A stretch of DNA of 64,000 nt, from positions 291,648,001 through 291,712,000 of the forward strand of contig JBNRSN020000007.1 of NCBI GenBank assembly GCA_051313645.2, read 5' to 3'. This document shows, one piece after another, positions 1 to 12,680 of the stretch; positions within the stretch are counted from its first letter, which is position 1; the number at the start of each line of letters is the position of its first letter. This DNA comes from Centroscyllium fabricii (lineage: Eukaryota). The notes under the pieces are model-generated. The model did not search any database. It was given only the letters and a program-made list of their open reading frames with translations, and was not told the origin of the DNA. A program made the position numbers and the translations under genes.

Positions 1-805
1 TGGATAAATGTGAGGTTATCCACTTAGGTGGCAACAACAGGAGGGCAGATTATTATTCGAATGGCAATAGATTGGGAGATGGGGAAGTGCAAAGAGACCT
101 GGGTGTTCTTGTGCACCAGTCACTGAAGGTGAGCATGCAGGTGCAACAGGCGGTTAAGAAGGCAAATGGTATGTTGGCCTTCGTAGCGAGAGGGTTCGAA
201 TATAAGAACAAGGATGTCTTGCTGCAGCTCTACAGGACCTTGGTGAGACCACACCTAGAGTATTGTGTGCAGTTTTGGTCGCCTCATCTGAGAAAGGACA
301 TTCTTGCCATTGAAAGAGTGCAGCGAAGATTCACCAGGCTGATACCTGGGATGGCAGGAATGACGTATGGGGAGAGATTGAGTCGATTGGGCTTCTACTC
401 ACTGGAGTTCAGACGATTGAGAGGGGATCTCATCGAAACTTATAAAATTCTGTCAGGCCTGGACAGACTGGATGCAGGAATGATGTTCCCGATGGCCGGG
501 GAGTCCAGAACCAGGGGACATAGTCTAAGGATAAGGGGAAAGCCATTTAGGACTGAGATGAGGGGTAATTTCTTCACCCAGAGAGTGGTGAACCTGTGGA
601 ATTCTCTGCCACAGAGGGCGGTGGAGGCCGGTTCATTGAATATATTCAAGAAGGAGCTGGCTACATTTCTTCAGGCTGAAGGGATATGGGGAGAAGGCAG
701 GGACAGGGTACCGAATCTGAAAGATCAGTCATGATCTGATTGAATGGCGGAGCAGGCTCAAAGGGCCGAATGGCTTACTCCTGCTCCTATCGTCTATGTT
801 TCTAT
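1..805 (+). mobile_element. CR1-clade LINE (HER1-like) 3' part, running off the window start
   Basis: ORF 72-734 with LVRPHLEYCVQFWSP and RRLRGDLIETYKIL; 3' tail gaatggcttactcctgctcctat. Confidence 0.9.
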
Positions 806-1745
806 ACAAGGCAGGTTGACATTAAGTGACACCTCTGCTCACCTCCAGCAGGAATGTTGGCTGCCACACACATGGTGGACACATCAAATGGAATGGACTC
901 ACCTTTCTGTCTTGAAGCTGTTCCAGTTCTTTCAGTAGTAGCCAAAAATCAAAACCCTGAAGGTAAGACTGCTCATTCTATTTGTTACGTTCTTAAGGAA
1001 GATCGAATGGGACTTGTTCCCCATTAAAGTGTATAGATGTCTGGAGGCTGAAAGCATGCTCACATTGTTCCTGCCGCTCACGCAGTACTGGACTGACAAC
1101 ACCAAACACTCGGGCAGTTCCTACAGCAAACTTCTTCTTGCAAGAATTGTCCAGTACTGCAAACCTCAATTTTATAAAATTATGTAGCGATCATTTACTC
1201 AGTTTTCGGAACTAATTTTTACGAGCGGGTTTAGAAAGTCACGCGATACCAAATGGTGACTGTATGTTGTTTAATCCTGTAGCTGTTGCAATGTTCAGTG
1301 TAACCCCGTAACTGTATAAGTACGCGATTTATAGATTTCACACGTTACTGTGTGCAACTGGGAAGATGGTGTTAAGTATGAGTGTGTAAAGCGCCACAAA
1401 GCACTGGGAGGCACATCTGTGTCCGCTACACATTGCATTAGATATCTATACTGTTGTGGGGGGGGGGGGGGGATAGCGTGGGAAGAGGTGAAGACTTGAG
1501 GCCACATCACTTCTGTACGTCATCCCCAGGCCTACCACACAACCAACTGTAGTCAGTTTAAGTGGCGTTCAGCCTGGCTTCTCACAGATGGCGGAAGGAG
1601 AGGGGTAGCGGGTAGTGAGCTCTCACAGATGGTGCAAAAACTCTGGAAAAGGGGAGAAAATACCTTTAAACAGGACATTTTGCCCTCAAAAAGAGTTGCC
1701 ACTGTAGAGATACGTGTGAGTACACAATTTAGCTGTGTCAGTACA

Positions 1746-1797
1746 GTGTGTGTGTGTGTGAGTGAGTGAGAGAGAGAGAGTGTGCGAGTGTGTGTGT
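1746..1797. repeat. (TG)n/(AG)n compound microsatellite
   Basis: Read directly. Confidence 0.85.
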
Positions 1798-1890
1798 ACG
1801 CGATAGCTGTGTTACCAGGTTATCTGTGACTGTACAGTTGTTGTTCAACTTGCATTTTGCTATTCATGTTTCTAAATAATCTGCTCTTAC

Positions 1891-2086
1891 CTGGGCCCTC
1901 AAAAGGTAATAATTTGGATGGAATCGGGTCATTAGCAGCAAGCGGAATGAGATAGAGGTCCTTGATGTGCCTGGCGTTATTTGCCACCACGCCGAAGCGT
2001 CCGCGACTGTTGAAGTAGGAGTAGAGTGAGATGTAGGTGACTTCCTCTTCCTCCGTGGCTGGGTGAAAACGAATGAGACAGACTTC
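1891..2086 (-). CDS. DIDO1: DIDO1 exon (196 bp), SPOC domain
   Basis: gcag|GAA GTC...CCA G|gtaag; EVCLIRFHPATEEEEVTYISLYSYFNSRGRFGVVANNARHIKDLYLIPL...LLPFEGPG. Confidence 0.96.
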
Positions 2087-4582
2087 CTGCATTTGCCACA
2101 GAAAGAAAACAAAGACAAAAATCACTTAAAACAAAAGCTAGGCTACAATTACTGCTGTAACCAGCAGCTACATGTACACAAGGACTCCCCTTGCCCCCCA
2201 AATCACAATACTTGCATGCAGAATGCTAGGAACTTTGGAACAGGAGGAGGCCATTCAGCCCCTCGAGCCTGTTCCGCCATTCAAATAGGTCACCTCAACT
2301 CCATCTACCCGCCAAAATGTTCCTGCCTGAACACTTATGCTGGTGCTACTTAACCAGAAATAATGCTGAGACTAAGAACATAGGAACAGGAAGAAGCCAT
2401 TTAGCCCCTCGAGCCTGTTCGATGAGATCATGGCTGATCGGTGACCGAACTCCATATTACCACTGTTACCCTATAACCCTTAATACCGTTGGTTAATAGA
2501 AATCTATCAATCTCAGATTTAAAATTAACAATTGACACAGCATCAACTGCGGTTTGCGAATTCATTAAAAAAAGTCAGTACTTTAAAGTTCGGATGCCAT
2601 TTTAAACCTGTCGTCTGGGTTAGGGACAAAAAGCGGGAGATGTGGGACTAAGCACAACTGCTTTTTCAAAGAGTCAGCACAGGCACGACAGGATGCACGG
2701 CCTCCTTCGGTGCTGTATGTTTCTATGATTCTGATCAAACTGCTGTGAAAGATAGTTCACAGATTCTAATATCCTCAGATCCTGACTGTAAACATACAGG
2801 CTGATTCAGCGATGGTGTTCTCCAAGAATGCACATGCACAATCTGGGAGTGTGCCTTGCTACATCAGGTGAGCAGGCCAGCCTGTCCGATTCCTAAAGTG
2901 CTGAGTTCAACAATATAACAATGTTCCTCTAAGCCATTTGAGGCCTCACTGTCAGCGTGCAAGAGTCTCGGCGCACCAAAGCATTTCAATTCAGCGCCAA
3001 AGTCTGCAATTTTTCCCTGCTGTTTATTAGCACGGTTTGCCCATATAAAATGGGTGCTGGAGGGATTTCACGATCTAGACTTGAAGACCCTGATCTAAAT
3101 ATTGAGTGCTGAATTATTTCCCGTGGCTATTCCAAGCCTCCGCCCAATACCTTTGCTGTAACAGCCTTGGTGTCAGTTGCTTATTTCATTTGTCGCAAGC
3201 AGTATTCAGCAAGGGAAGTCCTATGGGCACTTGCAGATTTGGATGAGGAAGAAATGAATGTATGCAACTTGCAGCCAGGACGACTCGTGCACCAGTGATC
3301 TGACTGACCCAAGTGATTAATCTGGTCCTGCACAAACAGTTCTATTCCATTTTTCACAATATAGCCCACTCAACACCACGTCCTTCATTATCATCTGCAG
3401 TACTAGAATTTGTTTTCGTCCCTCCATACAGCCTTTGGATGTAAAAATAATTATAAAGCAACCTAAAGCCTTTCAAAAGGTCTCAACAATATTTATCCCC
3501 ATATATGGCCACTTACCTTTGAATGGGGACATCCCTTTAAATGTGAGCTGTAATATTTGCAGGCTCTTGAGATTCAGTGGACTTCTATGCAACTGCATTC
3601 TATGCACAAGCCCCAAGTAGCAGAGGGCGCATATTCAAATGATATTCAGGAGCTGACCGTGGCAGCATTTGGTGGTCAGCTCCATTTGGGCCTCACACAG
3701 CAGCCCCAGCAGCTTGTTAGCCAAGATCGCTGAATCAGTTCTACATGGTTTCGCCCAGCTCGCAAAAGGCTGTGAGGCTCATTAAATAACTGAAGTCACA
3801 GACTGAATGGAAATAGAAATTTGGAAAAGCCGATAGAGCTTACACACTGATGTGCAAGGCACTCCCGTGAAGCAGCTTGGGAATTTTTACTACATCAAAA
3901 GCAAGTTGTTGTTGAGAAAAAATCATCCAACAGCAAAGACTGATTTCATATAAAACAACTTTTCAGGACCATTTTTCAATCGTCTCAGCCAGTAGTTTCT
4001 CACTGTCTAACTCATCGAGTATACACTTTTCAATCATGACTTGGGAAAGACAGTTTAACCCTTAAAGAACTCAAGAGCATTTTCACTGCATTTTTTGAGA
4101 CGAGTTCCACAAATAAGCCTTCTGTTTTGCTTTCACAATGACATCCTCACTCAGCCAAACACAGGTGGCTCAGAGAACTGGAACAGCGCGTGCTGGAAAT
4201 CGACATCTCTGGGGAGCCGTTATCAGCTAATTGTTGGTGGGAGGTTTGCTACATGTGCATGCAGACAAACACGCACACGTTGAGGGGACTTGCACAGTGA
4301 CCAGAGGCAATAGGGTTTTTTTTCCCTTTAATGTGCACTAGTTTAGAATTTTGGACATTAATTTCAAGTATATTACTACAAAGAGGATTCTTTATATTCT
4401 CCAATTCCAGTATAAAAACTGTTTCATAATGAAAACTGTTGACAAACGTTAGCACTAAGAGGGCTGCAGAATGCACCTTCGCTGCAACAAAGCGGAGATC
4501 AGCTATTGACAAGAGAAGCAAAGGGGAGAAATTCTGTCGTAATGTGGGATTTGAAATCCGACCAGAAGTTGCAGTCTGCTAT

Positions 4583-4903
4583 TGTAGCGTAACTACTTAG
4601 GGAGGCAAGCCTGTCTCCCTTTAAGGCTTTGGCCTGGATCAGTCAGTCTTGCTTTAAGACAGAATCCTCTTTGGTGGATTGGTCCCGCCCGTTACCACAT
4701 TGGTCAATAGTTTCAACAGGCATGGAACCTGATAGGCCCTTAGCGCTGTCACTCACAGGTCACATGGTTTCCTGCTATTTCGCGCCAGAAAGAATCAGTT
4801 CGTGTAGTTTGTTGGTTGAATAAAGATGTGTTTTAATTCTCTCCGCTGTTTACCTCTGATTCTTCGATATTTAAAAGTGGGAAACCTTCAGTTCCCCACT
4901 ATA
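4583..4903 (+). mobile_element. Possible solo LTR
   Basis: Starts TGTAG, contains reverse CCAAT and GC-box motifs and AATAAA near 4819, ends cactata; no convincing TSD. Confidence 0.35.
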
Positions 4904-5112
4904 TACTAGATGTAGTTATCTGTCAGGTCAAAGGTAGTTGTAGTCACAGTATCTGGGTCATTTTAAAGAATTTATTTATCAAATCTGATGAATTTGTTTT
5001 TTCAGAAAGCGTTCTCCAATTACAAAGGTTCCAGTGCTGCCATAATCACAAATCTGTGCACCAGTTTTCTAAAGTCAGCAACAGTGAAAGAAGGTGATGC
5101 ACACAGCTCCTT

Positions 5113-5921
5113 GGGGGGAATTTTGCCGGAAGGGCAGGAACCTGGCGGGGATTGGTCTGGGCCGCCTCCAGCCCCGCCCGCCCAAACAGCTGGGAAGGTC
5201 ACGCAATTTTAGTTTAATGAGGTTGTTAAATCCCCGTCAGCGGCAGCGGGAGGTAATTAGGTCAATCCAGTCGGGCTGCAGCAGAGCTGCGAGCAGTTTG
5301 ATTGACAGTTCCAGCACTGGTTGTTGTCAGTTCCCATGGAAACACTCCACTGTGACATCACAGTGGAGTGGAGCCAATGGGAAGGGCCAAGTGCTGGTGA
5401 CTGACAGGTGGGCGGGTGGGCTCAGAATCCCATACAACTCACAGCGGCTGTCATGAGCTGTTCAGAGCTGAGATTTCTCAGTTTCTGTTCACAGCTGCTG
5501 GTGCAGGCAGAACGGAGTTACATATTCCTCTAAGGTGGTGGAGGCATGCCAAGCATTTGGCAGCATGACCTTCACACCTTGAAGGAGAAAGTAATAAATG
5601 CAAGAAGTCACACAACACCGGGTTATAGTCCAACAGTAATAACCAGCACTGTGCTCTAGCTGGGTTTCACCCAGCGGGGTTTAGGGTGGCGGGGTTAGGG
5701 CGGCAAACAGGGCAAAATGGCTGAGGGCCCTTAAAATGGCATTAAAGATGCCAATTAAGGGCCCTTAACGAGGTGACAACCCATCCCCGCCGGTCGGCGG
5801 CGGAGAATCTGGGCGGGCAAAAATGAGAAAGCGGCGGGGATAGGTGGGACCCGCCGGTTCCACTATTTTGCCGGCCGGGCCGCCGAAAACCCCGCCTCAC
5901 GGGGACATGAAAATTCCCTCC
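5113..5921. mobile_element. PIF/Harbinger-type non-autonomous element with nested material
   Basis: TIRs GGGGGGAATTTT / AAAATTCCCTCC, 3-bp TSD CTT, GC-rich subterminal regions. Confidence 0.65.
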
Positions 5922-5997
5922 CTTGTGTCTGTCAGAAGGAAGTGGTCCCGAGGTTGTTGAATGGATGCTTTTAGCATCAGCTGAAAAGTCTGAAGAA

Positions 5998-6939
5998 CTT
6001 GGAGGAGGGGGCGGAGGGGTGGGTCAGCAAATTTGCAGATGACACAAAGATTGGGGGAGTAGTGGATGAGGAGGAAGGGAGTAGAACGATTCAGAGGGAT
6101 ATAGACAGGATGCAGAGCTGGGCTGAAGAATGGCAAATGGAGTTCAACACGGGGAAATGCGAGGTGATGCACTTCGGCAGGGCAAATAGGAAGAGGGAAT
6201 ACAGGGTCAACGGCAGGATCCTGAGTGAAGCAGAGGAGCAAAGGGATCTGGGAGTATATGTACACAGATCACTGAAGGCTGCCACCCAGGTGGACAAAGC
6301 AGTAAAAAAGGCCTATGGTGTATTGGCCTTCATCAACAGGGGAATAGAGTTTAAGAACCGGGAGGTCATGCTGCAGTTGTACAGGTCACTGGTGAGACCA
6401 CACGTGGAGTACTGTGTGCAGTTCTGGGCACCGTACTACAGGAGGGATGTGGAGGCACTGGAAAGAGTGCAGAGGAGATTCACCAGGATGCTGCCGGGAA
6501 TGGGGGGAAAGTCATATGAGGAACGGTTAAGGGAACTGTGACTCTTCTCCCTGGAACGAAGAAGGAGGAGGGGGGACCTGATAGAGATGTATAAAATGAT
6601 GAAGGGGATCGACAGAGTAAATGTGCAAAGACTGTTCCCCCGGGCGGGAAGAACGACAACAAGAGGACACGAGCACAAGATTCAAGGAGGAAGATTCAGA
6701 CGGGATGGCAGGGGCAAGTTCTTCACACAAAGAGTGGTCGGGGAATGGAATAGGCTACCATCTGAAATAGTGGCTGCGGACAGTCTGGGTGCTTTTAAAA
6801 GGATGATAGACAGGTACATGGAAGGGAAGGAACAGTAGGGGGGACAGGAAAAATCAGAGACGGAATAAGGGCGGCACTACATTGAGGGCCCAAGGGCCTG
6901 TACAGTGCTGTATGTTCTATGTTCTATGTTCTATGTTCT
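5998..6939 (+). mobile_element. Young 5'-truncated CR1 LINE
   Basis: KFADD RT motif; ORF broken by one stop (TGA 6539-6541, GGA in the sister copy); (tatgttc)n tail; near-identical to 45752-46850. Confidence 0.93.
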
Positions 6940-7156
6940 AACTGTTCTTGCAATGGAAAAGTGGAAAGATTGTATTTCGGGCTAAGCTTTTCTGCATGAC
7001 GGATGGAATTTAAGAACCAATTCAAACTATAAATCCACGCAAATTCCTAATCCCTAAATATGGAGCAAAAGTAAAACGATGCAATGAATTTTACTTGACA
7101 ATACAAAACGTTTAGTAGATTATAACGATTACACGGACTAAACCACAGTACGATAC

Positions 7157-7246
7157 CTTGGAGAGAGATGACTTCAGTTTTCCTACATAATCCCAGACGG
7201 TGTGGGGTGAAATCCTGCCACCGATGTGAATTGTATCTGGCAAATC
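7157..7246 (-). CDS. DIDO1: DIDO1 exon (90 bp), SPOC domain
   Basis: tttacttag|GAT TTG...TCC AAG|gtatc; DLPDTIHIGGRISPHTVWDYVGKLKSSLSK, DIDO1-like rather than PHF3-like; translated by hand. Confidence 0.95.
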
Positions 7247-7409
7247 CTAAGTAAACACACAGTTACATTTAAAAAAAATTCAAAAAGTAAATCAGCTCTG
7301 CCACCCTGTCATGGTAGTTTATAGCACTGACAAACATTAAAGCTACAAAAGGCACCCATAAGCAAATGCTCCCAACAATGCACTACTTCACCGACACATG
7401 ACAGAGGAC

Positions 7410-7792
7410 AGAGTTTTCCACCTGAGCTGTTAACTGTCTCTTTTCTTAGATAACATAAAATATGAATTGAGAGCCGGTATAGGCCATACGGCTTCTCGAG
7501 CCTGCGCCACCATTCAATAAGATCATAACATCACTGTTAGCACTGAATCTGCCCTCAGGAATGGGTGGAGCTAGAGGTCTCCTCCTCTTGACCATCCTAA
7601 TTTGCTTATCACTGGATATAATTTTTCTATTGGTTTTATGCCAGGATCGGAATCCAAGACTTAATACTCAAGTCTATGATCTTATTGAATGGTGGCGCAG
7701 GCTCGAGAAGCCGTATGGCCTATACCGGCTCTCAATTCATATTTTATGTTATCTAAGAAAAGAGACAGTTAACAGCTCAGGTGGAAAACTCT
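7410..7792. repeat. Perfect 118-bp inverted repeat, arms 7410-7527 and 7675-7792, 147-bp spacer
   Basis: Arms compared base by base and identical as reverse complements. Confidence 0.92.
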
Positions 7793-8194
7793 AGAAAGGC
7801 AGACGAGCCCCTTTCATTAACACCGAGGAAAAAATGTTCCCGGTCCTTGTGCTGCACACGTGAAGCCATTTCACTGGCCCCCCCGCCGATATCGGCACTA
7901 AATCCTAGCTGATGGGAATTGATGTAAATTACCCAATATTTACTGGCTGTGCAAAATTCTGCTCTTTAGTGACAAATAAAACTGAGAAAAACATCTCTGA
8001 AAATCGGTGACAACAGCTAGTGCTGATGTGACTAAAGATAAAATTCTGGCCTGGTTCCTTGATGACAACGAAATGCAGAAATGCATAAAGGCTTTATTTT
8101 ATGAAGAGTGGCAGGGTTGAGAATCAACAGTCAGAGCAGTGGGAAAAGTAAAGTGATTTCTGGATGACAGTTTACATTTCTACAATTACTTTTT

Positions 8195-8535
8195 AAATGA
8201 TCAGAAACTGTTTCCAATGGCTGAAGGCTCGGTAACCAGAGGACACAGATTTAAGGTGATTGGCAAAAGAACCAGAGGCGACACGAGGATTTTTTTTTTT
8301 AACGCAACGAGTGGTTAGGATTTGGAATGTGCTGCCTGATAGGGTGGTGGATAGGGCGGTGGATAGGGTGGCGGATACAGATTCAAGAGCAGCTTACAAA
8401 AAGCAATTGAATACTTGAAGGAGAAAAAACTGCAGGGCTCTGGCGAAAGAGCGGGGGAGTGGGACTGACTGGACTGCTCTTCGACAGAGTCGGCTCCATG
8501 GGCCAAATGGCCTCCTTCTATTCTATGATTCTATA
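8195..8535 (+). mobile_element. CR1 LINE 3' fragment with internal 12-bp triplication
   Basis: accagaggacacagatttaagg motif, (agggtggtggat)x3 variants, ttctatga tail. Confidence 0.75.
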
Positions 8536-9173
8536 GCCATGTCTTTTTCTTCCCTCCTACTCGGGACTATTTTGCAATAGTTAGGTTTTAAACATCCAAT
8601 AAAAGGAGCATGTTCAAAGTTTTAGTTTTTAAAAGCCCTGTGTGAGGGGGGGCCTCCAAAATCAAGGTGCATCACTTCAAACTGAAACGTGGAAAATCTT
8701 TTAACAAGTAACCATGCCAACCCTGATCGAAGAGTAAATAAAATCCCGGTATCACTACACATCAAATGACCTGGAAATATATAAATGCTTGTAAAGTGAT
8801 GTGGTTCAACACAGGAGACTCTGCTAGGACATCTTGCCAGCAAAGGATAGAAAACAGTAACTTAAAAAGTTAAGTTGGTGCAGAGTGACACACTGGAACT
8901 GCACTCTCATCATCCCAATCACCTTAATACATCTTATACTCAGCACTATCCCAAACATAACGGAGATGCACTGAAGACCGTCTCACTCGTGATGTAGGTG
9001 TATTGAAACTCTGCTTCCAGTTTCCACATTCAATCGCAGAGGACAACCACTATTCGGGACTGCTCCTGTGAGAATACTGTGGACAAAACACTTTGTTTCT
9101 CCTGGCTCCACAGCTCACAGAAAAGTGGAAGAATTCGAGTTCTTTACAGATTCAAAAAAAAGGATGTTCAATC

Positions 9174-9388
9174 GGTTATGTCTGCACACTGGGTTACAGT
9201 GTTGCATTCGAGTACACAAAGTTATCGTTATGTTATGTCTGAAATCTGTGATAAGTGCTCGATTGCTTTTGTCTGTGATTGTGATAGGTATGTGATTGCT
9301 TTTGTCTGTGAGTTTAGTTGGACACCATTAAAATCTACTCGCGTTCAGTTTGAGAGTCTGCCATTGATTTCACCCTGCAAACAAAACA
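9174..9388 (+). repeat. 5' LTR (215 bp)
   Basis: Direct repeat of 13410-13622; first base is G instead of T; ends CA. Confidence 0.93.
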
Positions 9389-9390
9389 TT

Positions 9391-9405
9391 TGGCGACAAG
9401 GATGG
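9391..9405 (+). promoter_or_regulatory. Primer binding site, tRNA-Ser(GCU)-like, overlapping the gag ATG
   Basis: TGGCGACAAGGATGG, one mismatch to the complement of the tRNA-Ser 3' end as recalled (CCAUCCUCGUCGCCA). Confidence 0.75.
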
Positions 9406-12400
9406 CTGAAATTTCTCTTCCACCACCTCCTCCCTTCCTTGCACTACCCGGTGAGCCCCCGATCCCATGGGTTCGCTGGTTACAGTCCTTCGAAACCTAC
9501 CTCATCGCTCTTGGCCTAGACGATGTGAGTGCAGCACGGAAAAAGGCCCTGTTATCCCACTGCTTGGGAGCGGAGGGCCAGCGTGGTCTTGGGACATTAT
9601 GGACAGCAGACTCATTACAAACCTATGATATGGCTGTGGCTCTGTTAAAGACACACTGCGCTGCCCCACAAAGTGCCCTCCTCCGGCGATTCATTTTTAG
9701 ACAGCATCACCAACTCCCCGGCGAGTCTGTGCATGTTAATTTGAAGGGGTTAGCTAACTCCTGCAAGTTCAGTGCACTACATGACGAGATAGTGCGTGAT
9801 CAACTAATAGAGCACACCAACGTGAGAGTTCGTGAAAGACTTACTCGAGTCCGACGATCTGTTGTTGTCACAGGCAGTTAACATTGCCTTTCAAGTGGAG
9901 TCTGCAGCTGAATGTGCAGCGAGGCTGGCGGGACATCCACTGAGCGGCTTCTCCAGTGCCCCCTTCCACTCTGAACTCTCACACACGGCTCAGCCACACA
10001 AACCCAGTGACAGCGCCCTCGGCCCCGACAGCTCTGCTACTGTAATGCTCGTGCAACGGCAGCAACGTGTGCTACCACGGCAACAGTGTGGAAACTGTGG
10101 ATCTCGTTCACTTGCTACCAGAGCGCAGAATTGCCCCGCGCGTGGCCAAGCCTGTCGCAATTGTGGAAAACAAAATCACTTTGCCAACATCTGCCGCTCT
10201 GCTCATTGCTACAAATGAACACTCTCGGTCCTCAAGCACTGTCATTCACAACGTCAACTCTGGGACAGTAGTGGCTTTCAACTCATGTACAGTTAACCTG
10301 GATGATGTGTGCATTCCTCTGTTGTTGGATACCGGTGCCAGTGTCTCACTGCTGAATGTTGACACATTCAAACAATTTTTCAGCTCCTTGCCACTCTCTG
10401 CGCCCTCCGCGGCCCTCTGCGGGTATGGTAATTCGAAAATTGACCCAGTGGGCTCAGTAAACCTCACTGTACGCTATGGAACAAAAGTTTTGCCAGATTT
10501 TTGTTTTCATGTGGTACGCCATGGAGCTAACCTGATGGGACTGGATCTTTTCACTGACCTGGGTTTTTCTCTCTTGGGACACCGGCGGGTCTGCGATTCT
10601 GCACGTCGCCTCACCGTGGCAACAAACATGGCCAGCACTCTTCGAGGGTCTGCGCTGCCTGAATGCCTTCACCCACCAGCCCATGGTTGACTCCACCGTT
10701 ACCCCCGTCATTCAGCCACTGCGCCGCATCCCACTTGCTCTCCGTGACGGGGTCACAGGGTCTCCAACCCGGTGGTCGCAAAGAAAAAGTCAGGTGGTCT
10801 ACGCGTCTGTGTCGACCTTCGAGCAGTGAATAAGGCCGTAATCCCATACAAATATCCACTGCCCACGTCAGAGGAACTCACAGCGCAGTTCTATGGCTCC
10901 ATTCTGTTCTTGAAACTGGATCTTCGACAGGGCTATCTACAGGTCCCCCTCCACCACAGCAGCAGGGCCCTCACTGCTTTTGTGACACATGCTGGTATCT
11001 TTCAGTACACCAGGATGCCATTTGGACTTAGCTCTGCACCCAGCTGCTTCCAAAAGGTGATGTCCTCTGTGCTCGCGGGCATTCCTGGGGTGGCCATCTA
11101 CCTTGATGACATCGTCGTGTATGGGCCCTCGACCTCCACTCACGACGAACGCCTTCACAGAGTTTTCACGGCTCTAGCAAAACACAAGCTCACACTGAAT
11201 GATGAAAAGTGTGTCTTTGCGGTTCCAGAGATCGAGTTTGTGGGGTTTCGGATGTCAGCTGACGGTATATCCCCACTCCAGTCAAACGTGGATGCCATTC
11301 ACAGCATCCCAGAACCCAGCTCTGCAGCACAGGTTGCCTCCTTCCTTGGCATGACTGGGTACTACCTGAAGTTTTTGCCCCAGTACTCAGCCACCACAGC
11401 CCCACTGCGCCAGCCCCTGCGAAAGGATGAGCCCTGGGTGTGGTCACAAGCCTGTACGGAAGCTGTACGTCTCCTCAAATCACAGCTCACGTCGCCTCCA
11501 GTGTTGGCTCACTTTGACGTCGCCAGTCCCACCCTCGTCACCTGTGACGCGTCCGCTGCAGCTGTGGGGGCAGTGTTATCGCAGATACAGAATGGAGTGG
11601 AGACACCAATCGCCTTTGCCTCCCAAGCCCTTAGCCCCACTGAACAGAACTACTCAGTAGGCGAGTGTGAGGCGCTGGTGTGCATCTGGGCATGTGAGCG
11701 ATGGCACCTGTACACGTATGGCCATGCCTTCACCCTGCGAACTGATCATCAGGCTCTCCCTGCCCTGCTGTCGACATCCGGCAAGGGCCACAGACCACTG
11801 CGTCTACACCGTTGATCTGACCGCCTCCGCCAATACAACTTCAGGACGTGACAATGTTGTTGCAGATCTGCTCTCCCGCAATGTCTCTGCCCCAGCCCCA
11901 CTTGTCGGTTTTGAACATGTGGAACAGGATATTATACAGATGCTGCACACGCCTCTCCAGACCACAGTCTCTCTCCAGGAGCTCAAAGAGGACTCTGAAC
12001 AGGATCCGGCCCTCTCCCAGCTGTGCACTTTCATCAGGGATGGCTGGCCTCGCAAGGTGCCTGAGGAACTGTCTGCCTACTCCAGAGTTAGAGGCGCTCT
12101 CCTGCTGGAATGACTCCTGTGTCACATGTGGGCTCTGCACTGTGGTCCCCAGTGCCCTTCGTGCGCGTGTTTTATCCATGGCGCATGAGGGCCACTTGGG
12201 CATAGTGAAGCTCAAACAACGATGCCGAGACCTAGTGTAGTGGCCGGGTATCGACAGGGAAATCGAGGCCCTGGTCAAGTACTGTGCAGCCTGCCTTGTA
12301 AGTGGCAAGACTGGCCGCCAAGCTCCTCCACCCCTGCAACCCCTTGCCTGGCCCTCTCAGCCCTGGGAGCACCTTCAGCTGGATGTCTGCGGGGATATCC

Positions 12401-12649
12401 ATGGTGTCTCCCACCATCAACGGTTCCTAGTGGTGACCTATGACCTGCACTCAAAATGGCCAGTGGTCACTGCCGTGGGCTCCGTCACCTCTTGGGTCAT
12501 CATCGATATCCTTGAGTCACTCTTCTCCCACTGGGGGCATCGAAAGGCCATCACCACAGACAATGGCCCCTAAATGGTCTCTTTGGAACTCTCCTTCTAC
12601 CTTGAGAGAAAGGGCATCCGTCACATACGCACACCACCCCCAATCAAAT

Positions 12650-12680
<31 letters not shown>

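Noticed and set aside
3617-3631. CTCF-like motif TAGCAGAGGGCGC
   Set aside because: Lacks the 5' CC of the core; one partial hit in 64 kb is expected by chance
12650-12678. Long G/C homopolymers (also 1457, 36142, 41006, 56053)
   Set aside because: Slippage-prone and possibly assembly-inflated; no specific evidence of function
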